A DNA stretch of 64,000 bases from an uncultured Oscillospiraceae bacterium. Its GTDB lineage: Bacteria > Bacillota > Clostridia > Saccharofermentanales > Saccharofermentanaceae. Position numbers and translations under genes: made by a program. Below, one piece after another: positions 1-8,499 of the stretch (position 1 is its first letter; every line of letters starts with the position of its first letter). The stretch is taken from the NCBI GenBank assembly GCA_964499575.1, contig CAZCLK010000001.1:18330-82329 (forward strand), in the 5' to 3' direction. The notes beneath the pieces were generated by a model. It saw only the letters and a program-made list of their open reading frames with translations, did not search any database and was not told the origin of the DNA.

Positions 1-92
1 GCGTGAAAGACGGTGAATCCGTCCCTCTTTAGAAAATCGCAAAGCAGGGTCCCGAGCTCTTCGTTATCTTCGATCAGGAGTATGTCTACCAT
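1..92 (-). CDS. Response regulator, N-terminal receiver fragment (gene runs off the left edge)
   Basis: Reverse-strand ATG at 92-90 reads MVDILLIEDNEELGTLLCDFLKRDGFTVFH, a typical OmpR/PhoB-type receiver start. It is absent from the ORF track because the window edge truncates it. It lies directly downstream of the ABC permease/ATPase genes. Confidence 0.6.
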   Translation of the reverse strand, partial: MVDILLIEDNEELGTLLCDFLKRDGFTVFH

Positions 93-154
93 GAATCGCT
101 CCGCTTCTACGTTCGGGCTCGCGCGTTCGATCACGCGATAAGCTCATTTTACCA

Positions 155-931
155 TTACCAGCCCATATTCTCGAGCCACGCGTTCAGCTTCTTTTCGCGC
201 TCGCGGGCGTCCTCTTCCCCCGAGTATTTCCCGAGGACCAGCTGCCCTTTAATATTTCCGTCGACGATGTAGAACACTTTATCGCTTCGGGCGGATACCT
301 TCGTGTCGTGCGTCACCAGAAGGATTGTGGATCCGTCGCGATTAAGCTCGTTGAGTTTATCCATCACCTCGGTCGCCGCCTTGGAATTGAGGGATCCCGT
401 CGGCTCGTCCGCGAAAATCATCTTCGGATCGTTGATCATCGCCCGGCAGATGCACGCGCGCTGGAGTTGGCCGCCGGAAACCTCCGTAATGTCGTTATCG
501 GCCGTCTCGATGATATCGAACTTGCGCATCAGATCCCTGGCCTTTTCGTTGATCTCGCGCCGGCTCGCTGGCGTTTTGCCGTTTTTCGAGTGGTAGGCGG
601 AGAGGATAATGTTATCAAGGACGCTTAGATTTCTGAGCATGTGCATCTGCTGAAAGACAAATCCCATCTCCGTGAGCCGAAGATCCGCCATCTTGTCATC
701 GCTCTGCTCCGCAATGTTTTTCCCGAAAAAAGTGACCTCGCCCGACGTCATATTGTCCATGCCGCTCACCGTGTAAAGGAGAGTCGATTTTCCCGAGCCG
801 CTCGGGCCCATGACGGAGACGAACTCGCCTTTTTCGAGAGAAAAGTTCACGTTCCGCAGGACATTGTTCTGACGCTTGTTGACGATGTAGGTTTTGCATA
901 GATCCTTGACGACCAGTGTGTTCACGCTCAT
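155..931 (-). CDS. ABC transporter ATP-binding protein (MacB/FtsE-like)
   Basis: 258 aa. Walker A GPSGSGKST, signature VSGGQLQR, Walker B MIFADEPTGSLN, H-loop LVTHD. Confidence 0.92.
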   Translation of the reverse strand: MSVNTLVVKDLCKTYIVNKRQNNVLRNVNFSLEKGEFVSVMGPSGSGKSTLLYTVSGMDNMTSGEVTFFGKNIAEQSDDKMADLRLTEMGFVFQQMHMLRNLSVLDNIILSAYHSKNGKTPASRREINEKARDLMRKFDIIETADNDITEVSGGQLQRACICRAMINDPKMIFADEPTGSLNSKAATEVMDKLNELNRDGSTILLVTHDTKVSARSDKVFYIVDGNIKGQLVLGKYSGEEDAREREKKLNAWLENMGW

Positions 932-1012
932 ATTATTCTCCTCACATTTCTGTTATGACCCGGGTGTTTCTGCCGGACTTTACCGGTTTCCGGCCGGAAT
1001 GAATCCCCGATT

Positions 1013-3403
1013 CTATTCCTGATTGTTCAGTTGTTCGACTTTTGTTTTTTCAATATGTCCGACGGAGACCATCACCGCCAGAACCGTTGACAATAGAAGT
1101 ATCGCGGGGTAGATCAGATAGACTTCCATGGGGTTAATCACCTGCGTGACACGGGAAACCCCGAGCGAGCCGAAGATGGCGTTGATCACGGCTCCGCCGA
1201 CGGGACCGGCGATCATTGTCCCGAGGACAATCGAAAGGATCAGAATGATCGCGATCCGTAGGATCTGCCACCTTCTTAAGGCGGCGTTCCGGAAGCCGAT
1301 GCTTTTTAAAAGCGCGATCTCCGATGTCTCCCTGGAAATCAGAAGCCGGACGACCAGGGACGTGATCAGAAAGATGATCCCGAGCATGACCGCGACGATC
1401 AGATTCTTCATTCCATTCACCACCTCGACCGTTCCGCCGATGTATCGGTCGTATGAATCCTCATCCGTTGATATCGTCAGGTCCGGGTTTGCCGATTTGA
1501 CTTTCCCGATCATTGCCCCGATGTCATTCGTGTGTTTATCCAGTATTCCGATAACATTAACGTTCGAAAAATTCACCGGGCCGGCATCATATGTGTCCGC
1601 GACCCGGATATCGGCCCCGTTATGCATCAACGACTGATAGATCGCGGTGATCACAAAGTGTTCGACCGCGCCCGAGCTCCGAACCGAAATCGTATCACCC
1701 AACGAAACCCCGAATGTCTCGGCAATCATTGTGGTAACGGCCGCTTCGTTCGGGAGCATCGGTGCTGTTCCGGACAGGAAAGGATATTGATTAAGGTCGT
1801 AGTCTTTGACCTGAAGCATTGTCCCGTTGATACTCTCCTCTTCGTTCTCCGCAAAAATATTCGCGCTAACCCCAATCTCCATGTAGATTTCCAGAGGATA
1901 CCCTTCCTTTTCGAAAAGCGCCTTAATACGGGTCATTTCGCGATCAAGGCCCTCATTGTCTCCGCCCAGGAAGCATCGGTAAAGTTCCGTGCTAAATACG
2001 ATAACGTCATTCGGCGGAGTGCCGAAAAGTTTGGCTATCTCTTCCTTTTCCTTCAACGTGTTGATCATATTGAGCGGTAGGATAATCAGAAGAGTCCCGA
2101 GAACGAAGGTCACCGCTAATACGGCATACTTCTTAAAACCGTTCAAAAGGTCGCTAATCGCCATAAAGTCCGTGGAATGTAGACGCTTTTTCTTGTTGAA
2201 ACTGATTTTTTTGGCTTTCGAAAAACGCTCTCCGGAGTTGCCCATCCGGATGGCTTCAACGACCGAAACTTTATTGATCCGTCGTGTACAGATCACACAG
2301 AAAAACATACTGATGAGAACAACGCCGGCCGCCCCGAGAACTGAGAGCAGAAGACTGAACGGATTCCCGCTAATCAGAAAAAGATCTGCCACGCTTCGGA
2401 GCATTACCCGTGTGTAAATAAAGCTCAAACCGAATCCGATGATCCCCGCCAAAAAAGACAACACAAAATACTTGATCAGATAGATCCTCCGAACTTCCCG
2501 ACTTCGGATCCCGATCCCCTTCATCACGCCGATGCTCCGATAGTCCTCCTGGATCGTAAAAACAATCGTAAAACGAAGAATAAGAAAAGCGATCAGGATC
2601 AGGCTTGCGCTGACGATGATCATAATCGCCGCGACGAGCTGAGAAACAAAATAACTGAGAGTAATGGTGTCTTTACCAAGGATCGTAAGCACGTCGATCG
2701 CGCGGTTTCCGAATTGACCGGCCAAGGCTATGTATTCGACATCCGACCTTGAGTCGACGGACCACATTCCGATCGGGATCAGGTCTTTGGAATCCTTCTC
2801 CGGATACAAAGAGAAATCCTCCTTCGATAAAACAAACCGCTTGCTACTGACCATATCGGACCCAAGGAGGATGTCCTTGGTATACTTCGCCACCCGAAAG
2901 GATCGAACCTCTCCGTCCGCCGATAAGTCGATCGTCTGACCGATATTGATCTCGTATTTTTTGTGAAAAGACATCGGGATCGCGATCTCACCTGCGGAAA
3001 GTTCCAAGAGTTGATCCTCCTGATCGAAAAGAAGCGCGTTATCTTCGGGCACAGGAATGAGAAACGAGGACCCCACATCCTGATCTTCGACGATCACTTT
3101 CCCGTCCTGCTCCAGACAGTCCATCATAAAAAGCAGAGCGTCGTCCTTTGCGTAGGATGCCACCAAATCAGAATTTTCCACCCAGTCCTCAATTTTATCC
3201 GTCACGCCCTGCTTATCAAAAGCGAAGATCGTCATATCGGCGACGTTCCCTTCGCGGATCATCCGGTCGATCGCCGCGGACGTCGTGTATAAGACGTTCG
3301 CGCTGCCCGCCATGAGCATCGACGCGATGATGATAAACACGAAAAGGATCAAATTGACGGACTTTTTTCGCTTAAGGTCCCTCGACAGTATTCTGAAAAT
3401 CAT
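1013..3403 (-). CDS. ABC transporter permease, duplicated FtsX-type with two large extracytoplasmic domains
   Basis: The ORF runs 1013-3436. I prefer the second ATG (3403, MIFRILSRDLKRKK) because GGGAGAAAG lies just upstream. The layout is TM, large loop, three TM, repeated twice, and the gene is adjacent to the ABC ATPase. Confidence 0.8.
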   Translation of the reverse strand: MIFRILSRDLKRKKSVNLILFVFIIIASMLMAGSANVLYTTSAAIDRMIREGNVADMTIFAFDKQGVTDKIEDWVENSDLVASYAKDDALLFMMDCLEQDGKVIVEDQDVGSSFLIPVPEDNALLFDQEDQLLELSAGEIAIPMSFHKKYEINIGQTIDLSADGEVRSFRVAKYTKDILLGSDMVSSKRFVLSKEDFSLYPEKDSKDLIPIGMWSVDSRSDVEYIALAGQFGNRAIDVLTILGKDTITLSYFVSQLVAAIMIIVSASLILIAFLILRFTIVFTIQEDYRSIGVMKGIGIRSREVRRIYLIKYFVLSFLAGIIGFGLSFIYTRVMLRSVADLFLISGNPFSLLLSVLGAAGVVLISMFFCVICTRRINKVSVVEAIRMGNSGERFSKAKKISFNKKKRLHSTDFMAISDLLNGFKKYAVLAVTFVLGTLLIILPLNMINTLKEKEEIAKLFGTPPNDVIVFSTELYRCFLGGDNEGLDREMTRIKALFEKEGYPLEIYMEIGVSANIFAENEEESINGTMLQVKDYDLNQYPFLSGTAPMLPNEAAVTTMIAETFGVSLGDTISVRSSGAVEHFVITAIYQSLMHNGADIRVADTYDAGPVNFSNVNVIGILDKHTNDIGAMIGKVKSANPDLTISTDEDSYDRYIGGTVEVVNGMKNLIVAVMLGIIFLITSLVVRLLISRETSEIALLKSIGFRNAALRRWQILRIAIILILSIVLGTMIAGPVGGAVINAIFGSLGVSRVTQVINPMEVYLIYPAILLLSTVLAVMVSVGHIEKTKVEQLNNQE

Positions 3404-3530
3404 TTTCTTTCTCCCGCCCGAAAATATGCTGTACATGATTCACTCACGCACAGCATACCGCGGCAATTCTTAAATAGTCCTTAAGTGGGAGAATTATTAT
3501 TTAGAAGCGATCCGACGTGATCCCGTGTCT

Positions 3531-4019
3531 CTAGAGATCCTTTTTCAGATACCCGCAGGTAAACGGAAAAAAGTCAAACTTCTTCGTTCCGATATGTTCC
3601 GCCCCGAACGACTCATACCATTTCCGAAGGCGGATGTTCTCCTCGATGATCCCGATGTTCATCGTTTTACATCCCGAATCCCGCGCGGTCGAAATCGCGT
3701 GTTTCATCAGTTCCGCGCCGATTCCGAGATGGCGGTATCCGGGAAAAACGCACAGATTATTCAATTCGCATTCGTTATTTTGAAGAATGATCTGTGCGTA
3801 ATATCCGATGATCCGACCTTCCTCATTGAAGTATCCGACCATCGGAAACCCGGACTCAAAAAGCCGCTCCAACCGGGCTTCATCGGTCGCGAAGGCGCTA
3901 TGGCGGGGCGCGTTCTCGCGAGTCAGGGAAAACTCATCCGCAACGGTTTGAAAACTTTCCAGGATCATTCGTACGCATTCGGGGATCTCTTCTTTTTTGA
4001 TTTGACGTATCATAACCAA
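3531..4019 (-). CDS. GNAT family N-acetyltransferase
   Basis: 162 aa. Acetyl-CoA binding region VFPGYRHLGIGAELMKHAI (R/Q-x-x-G-x-G/A) and a typical GNAT length. Confidence 0.8.
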   Translation of the reverse strand: MVMIRQIKKEEIPECVRMILESFQTVADEFSLTRENAPRHSAFATDEARLERLFESGFPMVGYFNEEGRIIGYYAQIILQNNECELNNLCVFPGYRHLGIGAELMKHAISTARDSGCKTMNIGIIEENIRLRKWYESFGAEHIGTKKFDFFPFTCGYLKKDL

Positions 4020-4028
4020 ATCCTTCCG

Positions 4029-4868
4029 TTATGGATTAATTCTACGCAGTTTTTTTCTAACCAGTGCGTACACCCTTTTCTTTTCCGTTTCGGGTACGCC
4101 TTCACTCAGGCGGGCGGCCGCGACCGGGATTTCCCATCTTCGAATGTCGGCGCTTTTCGCTCCGGTCAACTCCCGGTACTCTCTGACATATGTGATACAT
4201 AATAATCTTCTGAAAATTCTTTCCGCAACTCCTGACGGAGGATGCCCTTCGGGCGGTTCGGCATAGATCAAGAGTAGCCGGGTCCGCGCGACGTCCGCCA
4301 GAGGATCACCGACGCAAGCGGTCACCCAGTCCATCACCCGGCACCGGCCGTCCGAGACCATAATGTTATCCGGGTGAAAATCAAAGTGACAGGTACTCTT
4401 TCCATCCGGAAGCGCTTTCAGGATGTCGAGGACTATACTTTTCTCTTCCGGGGAGATCGCCGAAGACCGCCCGATCTCCTCGCTCAGTTTATCCTTTACG
4501 GTGAGACCTTCAATATCGACTATATTGTGAAGATCCGCGTGATATTTCGCGAGCATCTTCGCATACTGATTGAGACGCCTTTTATTCCAGCTCAACAGCG
4601 AGAGCATGGTTTCTCCGTGTAAGCGCTCGTAAACGGCTCCGCACCGGTCGTCAATGTGAATCATTTCGATCGGTTCCGGCGCGACCTTTACGTGCTCATT
4701 GACACGTAAGACCCATTCAAATTCCTGTCTGCAGACACTTTCGGGCATGAAACTCCGGTAAAGCTTCAGGATATGTTCCCCGCCCCACTCGAAAATCTCG
4801 GCCGTTCGCCCCTGTCCGATTTTTTTGCCTTTCATATCAATATCCGGCATCTTCTGTTGATGTGCCAA
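4029..4868 (-). CDS. Phosphotransferase (APH/choline-kinase family)
   Basis: 279 aa. Catalytic loop HFDFHPDNIMV followed by VMDW, a Brenner-type kinase motif. Apparent TTG start preceded by AAAGGAGAG. Substrate unknown. Confidence 0.75.
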   Translation of the reverse strand: MAHQQKMPDIDMKGKKIGQGRTAEIFEWGGEHILKLYRSFMPESVCRQEFEWVLRVNEHVKVAPEPIEMIHIDDRCGAVYERLHGETMLSLLSWNKRRLNQYAKMLAKYHADLHNIVDIEGLTVKDKLSEEIGRSSAISPEEKSIVLDILKALPDGKSTCHFDFHPDNIMVSDGRCRVMDWVTACVGDPLADVARTRLLLIYAEPPEGHPPSGVAERIFRRLLCITYVREYRELTGAKSADIRRWEIPVAAARLSEGVPETEKKRVYALVRKKLRRINP

Positions 4869-4904
4869 CCGGCGTATCTCTCCTTTCTCCGCTAAAGTGA
4901 CGGA

Positions 4905-5609
4905 TCAATCGTCAAACGGAAATACTCCTTCTTCGCATTCGAGATCGTGAGCCCGATCCATGTTAAAATCATGATCCCTTTTAATGACTGTATTTTCGAG
5001 ACTTATAGAATTGCGTTCTCCGTATTCCGGATCAAATGATCGGATCCGCTTGATCAACTCATCATAACCGGCCGGCTTCATAAAATCTTCGGCATAGTCC
5101 GTCAACACAGCGCGCGCACAACATGTGTCATAGGCCGGGAACGTCTTTTCCCGGATTAATCGAACGATAACGTCAGAAACAAGAACCATGTCCCCGCATT
5201 TCACGGCAAGCTCCGCGAAAAGTTCCCCGGCAGCATCCGTGTAAATGCTTTCGATATATTCATCATAATACGATAATGAACTCATCACCGTCTCGTCTGT
5301 AGCAAAAATTCTTTCAAGAAGTTGAACCGCTTCGACCGGGTCTCCAATATCCCTTCTGATGTTTTGGATGATCTGTTTGAGGAAAAAAGCCAGGCGGTCA
5401 TATTCAGGGATGTGATCTGATTTGACCTGTTTGGAGAACCAAAGTACATTTCCGACAACGCTCTCCCGTCTTTCTTCGGGAGAGCTGACCAAGCGGTTGA
5501 TTACGCCATGGGATTCGGGAGCGGTCCATAGCTCCGTCAACGCTTCGACTAACGACTCTTTTTCGAGTTTCATCAACAACTCCGTCAATTCTTCATTTGA
5601 ATATTTCAT
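4905..5609 (-). CDS. Hypothetical protein, predicted all-helical and acidic
   Basis: 234-aa ORF with ATG and AAAGGAG 6 nt upstream. It sits between the two kinase genes. I recognise no motif. Confidence 0.55.
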   Translation of the reverse strand: MKYSNEELTELLMKLEKESLVEALTELWTAPESHGVINRLVSSPEERRESVVGNVLWFSKQVKSDHIPEYDRLAFFLKQIIQNIRRDIGDPVEAVQLLERIFATDETVMSSLSYYDEYIESIYTDAAGELFAELAVKCGDMVLVSDVIVRLIREKTFPAYDTCCARAVLTDYAEDFMKPAGYDELIKRIRSFDPEYGERNSISLENTVIKRDHDFNMDRAHDLECEEGVFPFDD

Positions 5610-5690
5610 TCCAAGCTCCTTTCTGTCCTTGAGGCACTTTTCGAGATTGTGCGCTCCTGCCTGAAAACGTTTGACTGAGTTTCCGTAGAG

Positions 5691-6665
5691 TCACTCCAGG
5701 CACCTTTCATACTCGCTTGTCATCGAGCCCAGGATCTCCCGAAGTCCGGTCATCCAATCCGGCTCGTGATCAAAGGTCTCCGCGACGCTTCGAATAATCC
5801 GCGCATACCGGTAAAGATCGACAAAGCGACGCATGAGAGGACGTGTCTCCAAGGCTTCCGGGGGCAAATCATATTCTTCCCGATATCCTTGAAGAAATGT
5901 CTCCTCTGCGCGCTGTGCAGCCGTCGGACTGAGGGCGTCCCGCAATTCACCGAAAGCCTGCTCGATATCCAGCGCGAAAAAGTGGACCATCCCGTCGTCG
6001 AAATCGATCACATTGCAAAGCGCTTTGCCGTTCTCGAAAAACACGTTGTCCGGCTCGAAATCGTAGTGTACAAGCCCGTACGTGACGTCGCTTTTCGGAA
6101 GTGCCGATAAGGCCACGCGAATCGAGTCGAGTTCCCGGCGGGCCGCTTCGGGAGCACGATACTCCAGAAGGACCTGCTCCGTCCATTGAAGCGCATCCTC
6201 CCAACTCCACTTCCCTATATCCGGAGTATACCGGGACGAGAGGGCATGCAGTCGACCGAGTGATCTTCCGTACGCGAGCATAATATCGGCCGGATAATCG
6301 GTACGATCGATCCGGATTCCGCCTACGCCCCGAAAAGCGGTCGCAAAATACTCGCCCCTTTCGGTTTTCAATGCAAGGAGATATTCCCCCGAACGCGAGG
6401 TGATCGGTTCGACGGCGGGGTAGCCGTTTTCGCGAAGATAACGGATGAACGAGAGCTCGCCCTCTATGTTTTCGCGAATTTTCTCGTCCGTCGGCGCGAG
6501 GCGCAGGAAACAGACTGCTCCGTCCTGATAGTACGGATAGATCGCGTTACCGGAGATCCGGAACTGCGCGAGCATCCCGTCGAGAGATTCTGTGTCGTGC
6601 GTCCAGTTGTTAAGAGCTTCCCGGACCAGATCAAAATTGGGGAAAAGATGTCTTAATTTCAGCAT
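5691..6665 (-). CDS. Phosphotransferase (APH family)
   Basis: Catalytic loop VHYDFEPDNVFF and metal-binding VIDFDDG. I prefer the start at MLKLRHLF (6665), which has AAAGGAA upstream, over the longer ORF that reaches 6719. Confidence 0.75.
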   Translation of the reverse strand: MLKLRHLFPNFDLVREALNNWTHDTESLDGMLAQFRISGNAIYPYYQDGAVCFLRLAPTDEKIRENIEGELSFIRYLRENGYPAVEPITSRSGEYLLALKTERGEYFATAFRGVGGIRIDRTDYPADIMLAYGRSLGRLHALSSRYTPDIGKWSWEDALQWTEQVLLEYRAPEAARRELDSIRVALSALPKSDVTYGLVHYDFEPDNVFFENGKALCNVIDFDDGMVHFFALDIEQAFGELRDALSPTAAQRAEETFLQGYREEYDLPPEALETRPLMRRFVDLYRYARIIRSVAETFDHEPDWMTGLREILGSMTSEYERCLE

Positions 6666-6867
6666 CGTATGATTCCTTTCAATCAAAAAACGTGCACTTC
6701 CGGGATTACGGAAGAACACGTTTTGTCACAACTTGATCCGCACGAGTGCCGTTAGATGCTGATCAGGCGAGCGACAGTACTTCCGATTACCGCAATGATT
6801 CGGGTTCTCATATATCCGCTCACCTGCCTTTCTTTTGTAATGAGTATATGGGGACAAAATCAACTCG

Positions 6868-7602
6868 TCAAGCGTGCAATTTCCCGTCGACACTCCGGAT
6901 CACCCGACCCCGCCGGATGAAGTAAATAATGAATCCGGCGGCAACCTCAATGACGATAAGCGTAAAGTAAATATTGGTAATCATTTTCGATGCCCGATCC
7001 GCCCGATCTGTATCTTTGCGGGAAAAAACCATGACTCGTTGATTTTCATCAATGTTTATGTATCCGTACTTCTCGGGATTATAGATGCTTCTGAAAAATA
7101 AGTTTCCGTTTGGGTCCGCAAACCCGACTTCCGAATGAGAACCGTCATCGGCAAGGCCTTGACTCAGATATGCCTTTGCCTCTTCATAATCCGCGAAAAC
7201 CGTCGGGGTGGAAGTTTTCTCAACACTGAATTTATTGGCGATAAAATAGACGATTCCGGTTTTGGCTAAAGTTGCCAGGACGACCAACACGGCACAAACC
7301 ACCTTCAGCCGTCGAAGGCGACGCTTAAGTTTCGCCTGCTCCGGTTTTAGCGTATACACTCCGTTTCTGACCAGCGCAAGATCGACAAAAAATGAGACCG
7401 TCATGCAAAAGAATCCTCCGATCAGCGCCAACGGAGTCCCGTATAAGAGCAGCTCGCCAAGTGATATCTTTGATCCTTCAAAAAAGAAATCCAGATCGCT
7501 GCTCATAAGCAGCATCGGTAAGGTGAACATGAAGACGATTACCGTCACGGTCAAGGCTTGACTGAATCGCCGTATCATTTGAATTTTTATTTGATTTTGC
7601 AT
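6868..7602 (-). CDS. Membrane protein, unknown function
   Basis: Several hydrophobic helices (e.g. ALTVTVIVFMFTLPMLLM, LLYGTPLALIGGFFCMTVSFFV). The ATG at 7602 is preceded by GAAGGAGAG. The start is uncertain because the ORF is open to 7692. It overlaps the end of the upstream XRE gene. Confidence 0.55.
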   Translation of the reverse strand: MQNQIKIQMIRRFSQALTVTVIVFMFTLPMLLMSSDLDFFFEGSKISLGELLLYGTPLALIGGFFCMTVSFFVDLALVRNGVYTLKPEQAKLKRRLRRLKVVCAVLVVLATLAKTGIVYFIANKFSVEKTSTPTVFADYEEAKAYLSQGLADDGSHSEVGFADPNGNLFFRSIYNPEKYGYINIDENQRVMVFSRKDTDRADRASKMITNIYFTLIVIEVAAGFIIYFIRRGRVIRSVDGKLHA

Positions 7603-8099
7603 CTCTCCTTCAAACTCGTCGTCACTGCTTTTCGAGAAGGAAAGCGAAAAAAAGACAGATTCGGAAATGATCGCCACCAGATAAAGGCACAACCGAGAAA
7701 AAAGGCCATGAGCAACTTGAGGAGCACGAAATTGACAGCCGTCGCTACCAGAAGTCCGAGCATTGAAATTCCGACTGATATCATGGAAAGCGCGTTGAAT
7801 CGATCCATGGAAGTCTTTAGCAGCCGCTCGATTTGCTTTTCAACTTTGAAATTTGCTTTTCCGGATTCTTCACGTTCATGATGCACCAGGATTCGCTCTC
7901 CCCGAAGGATCTCATCCGAGGTTACCCCGAATATTTCCGCGATCACCGGGATCAGGCTGATGTCCGGCGCATAGTCATCGCGCTCCCACCGACTGACCGC
8001 CTTATCGGAGACACCGAGTTTGTCCGCAAGAGCTTTCTGTGTCAGGCCGCTTGATTTTCGCAATGCGTTAATGAACGATCCGATCGTTTTCTTTTCCAT
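7587..8099 (-). CDS. XRE-family helix-turn-helix regulator with C-terminal transmembrane segment(s)
   Basis: The HTH is LRKSSGLTQKALADKLGVSDKAVSRWERD. A hydrophobic stretch follows: SMISVGISMLGLLVATAVNFVLLKLLMAFFLGCAFIWW. The ATG at 8099 has GAGGAGG 5 nt upstream. Confidence 0.8.
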   Translation of the reverse strand: MEKKTIGSFINALRKSSGLTQKALADKLGVSDKAVSRWERDDYAPDISLIPVIAEIFGVTSDEILRGERILVHHEREESGKANFKVEKQIERLLKTSMDRFNALSMISVGISMLGLLVATAVNFVLLKLLMAFFLGCAFIWWRSFPNLSFFRFPSRKAVTTSLKERCKIK

Positions 8100-8420
8100 A
8101 AAACCCTCCTCATGAACCAATCCGGGTGCGATTCTTTATGGTCATTCTACATTACCGTCGGAGAGAAAAAGAGACATCATAACGCGATTATGTCGTTAAT
8201 TGCGAGAATTTCGGCCTCGAACGTTGTTTTCTGAAAAGATATTTGTGTTGCGTGGCTGGGTTAAAGTATGTGATCGATATCGATCTGATTTGGTTTGGAG
8301 ATAGCGGAAAAAATAAGAGATGTCCGATGTTCCTGTCAAATGCGTAACGATTCGCATGCGATAAACCGTTTCGCTTCCGCAACTTGAAGTCTTCGGGCAG
8401 TCGAGTTGTACGTACAAGCA

Positions 8421-8429
8421 TGTTATAAT
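8421..8429 (+). promoter_or_regulatory. Extended -10 promoter element (TGtTATAAT) for the esterase/GH operon
   Basis: TGTTATAAT sits about 70 nt upstream of the 8500 start in a 380-nt intergenic region. There is no good -35, which fits an extended -10. Confidence 0.4.
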
Positions 8430-8499
8430 AGAGAAAATTTTTGGAGTCCTTCTCCCGATCACGAGCCACGAACCGATCAAAATCGCAAAGGAGCAATCT

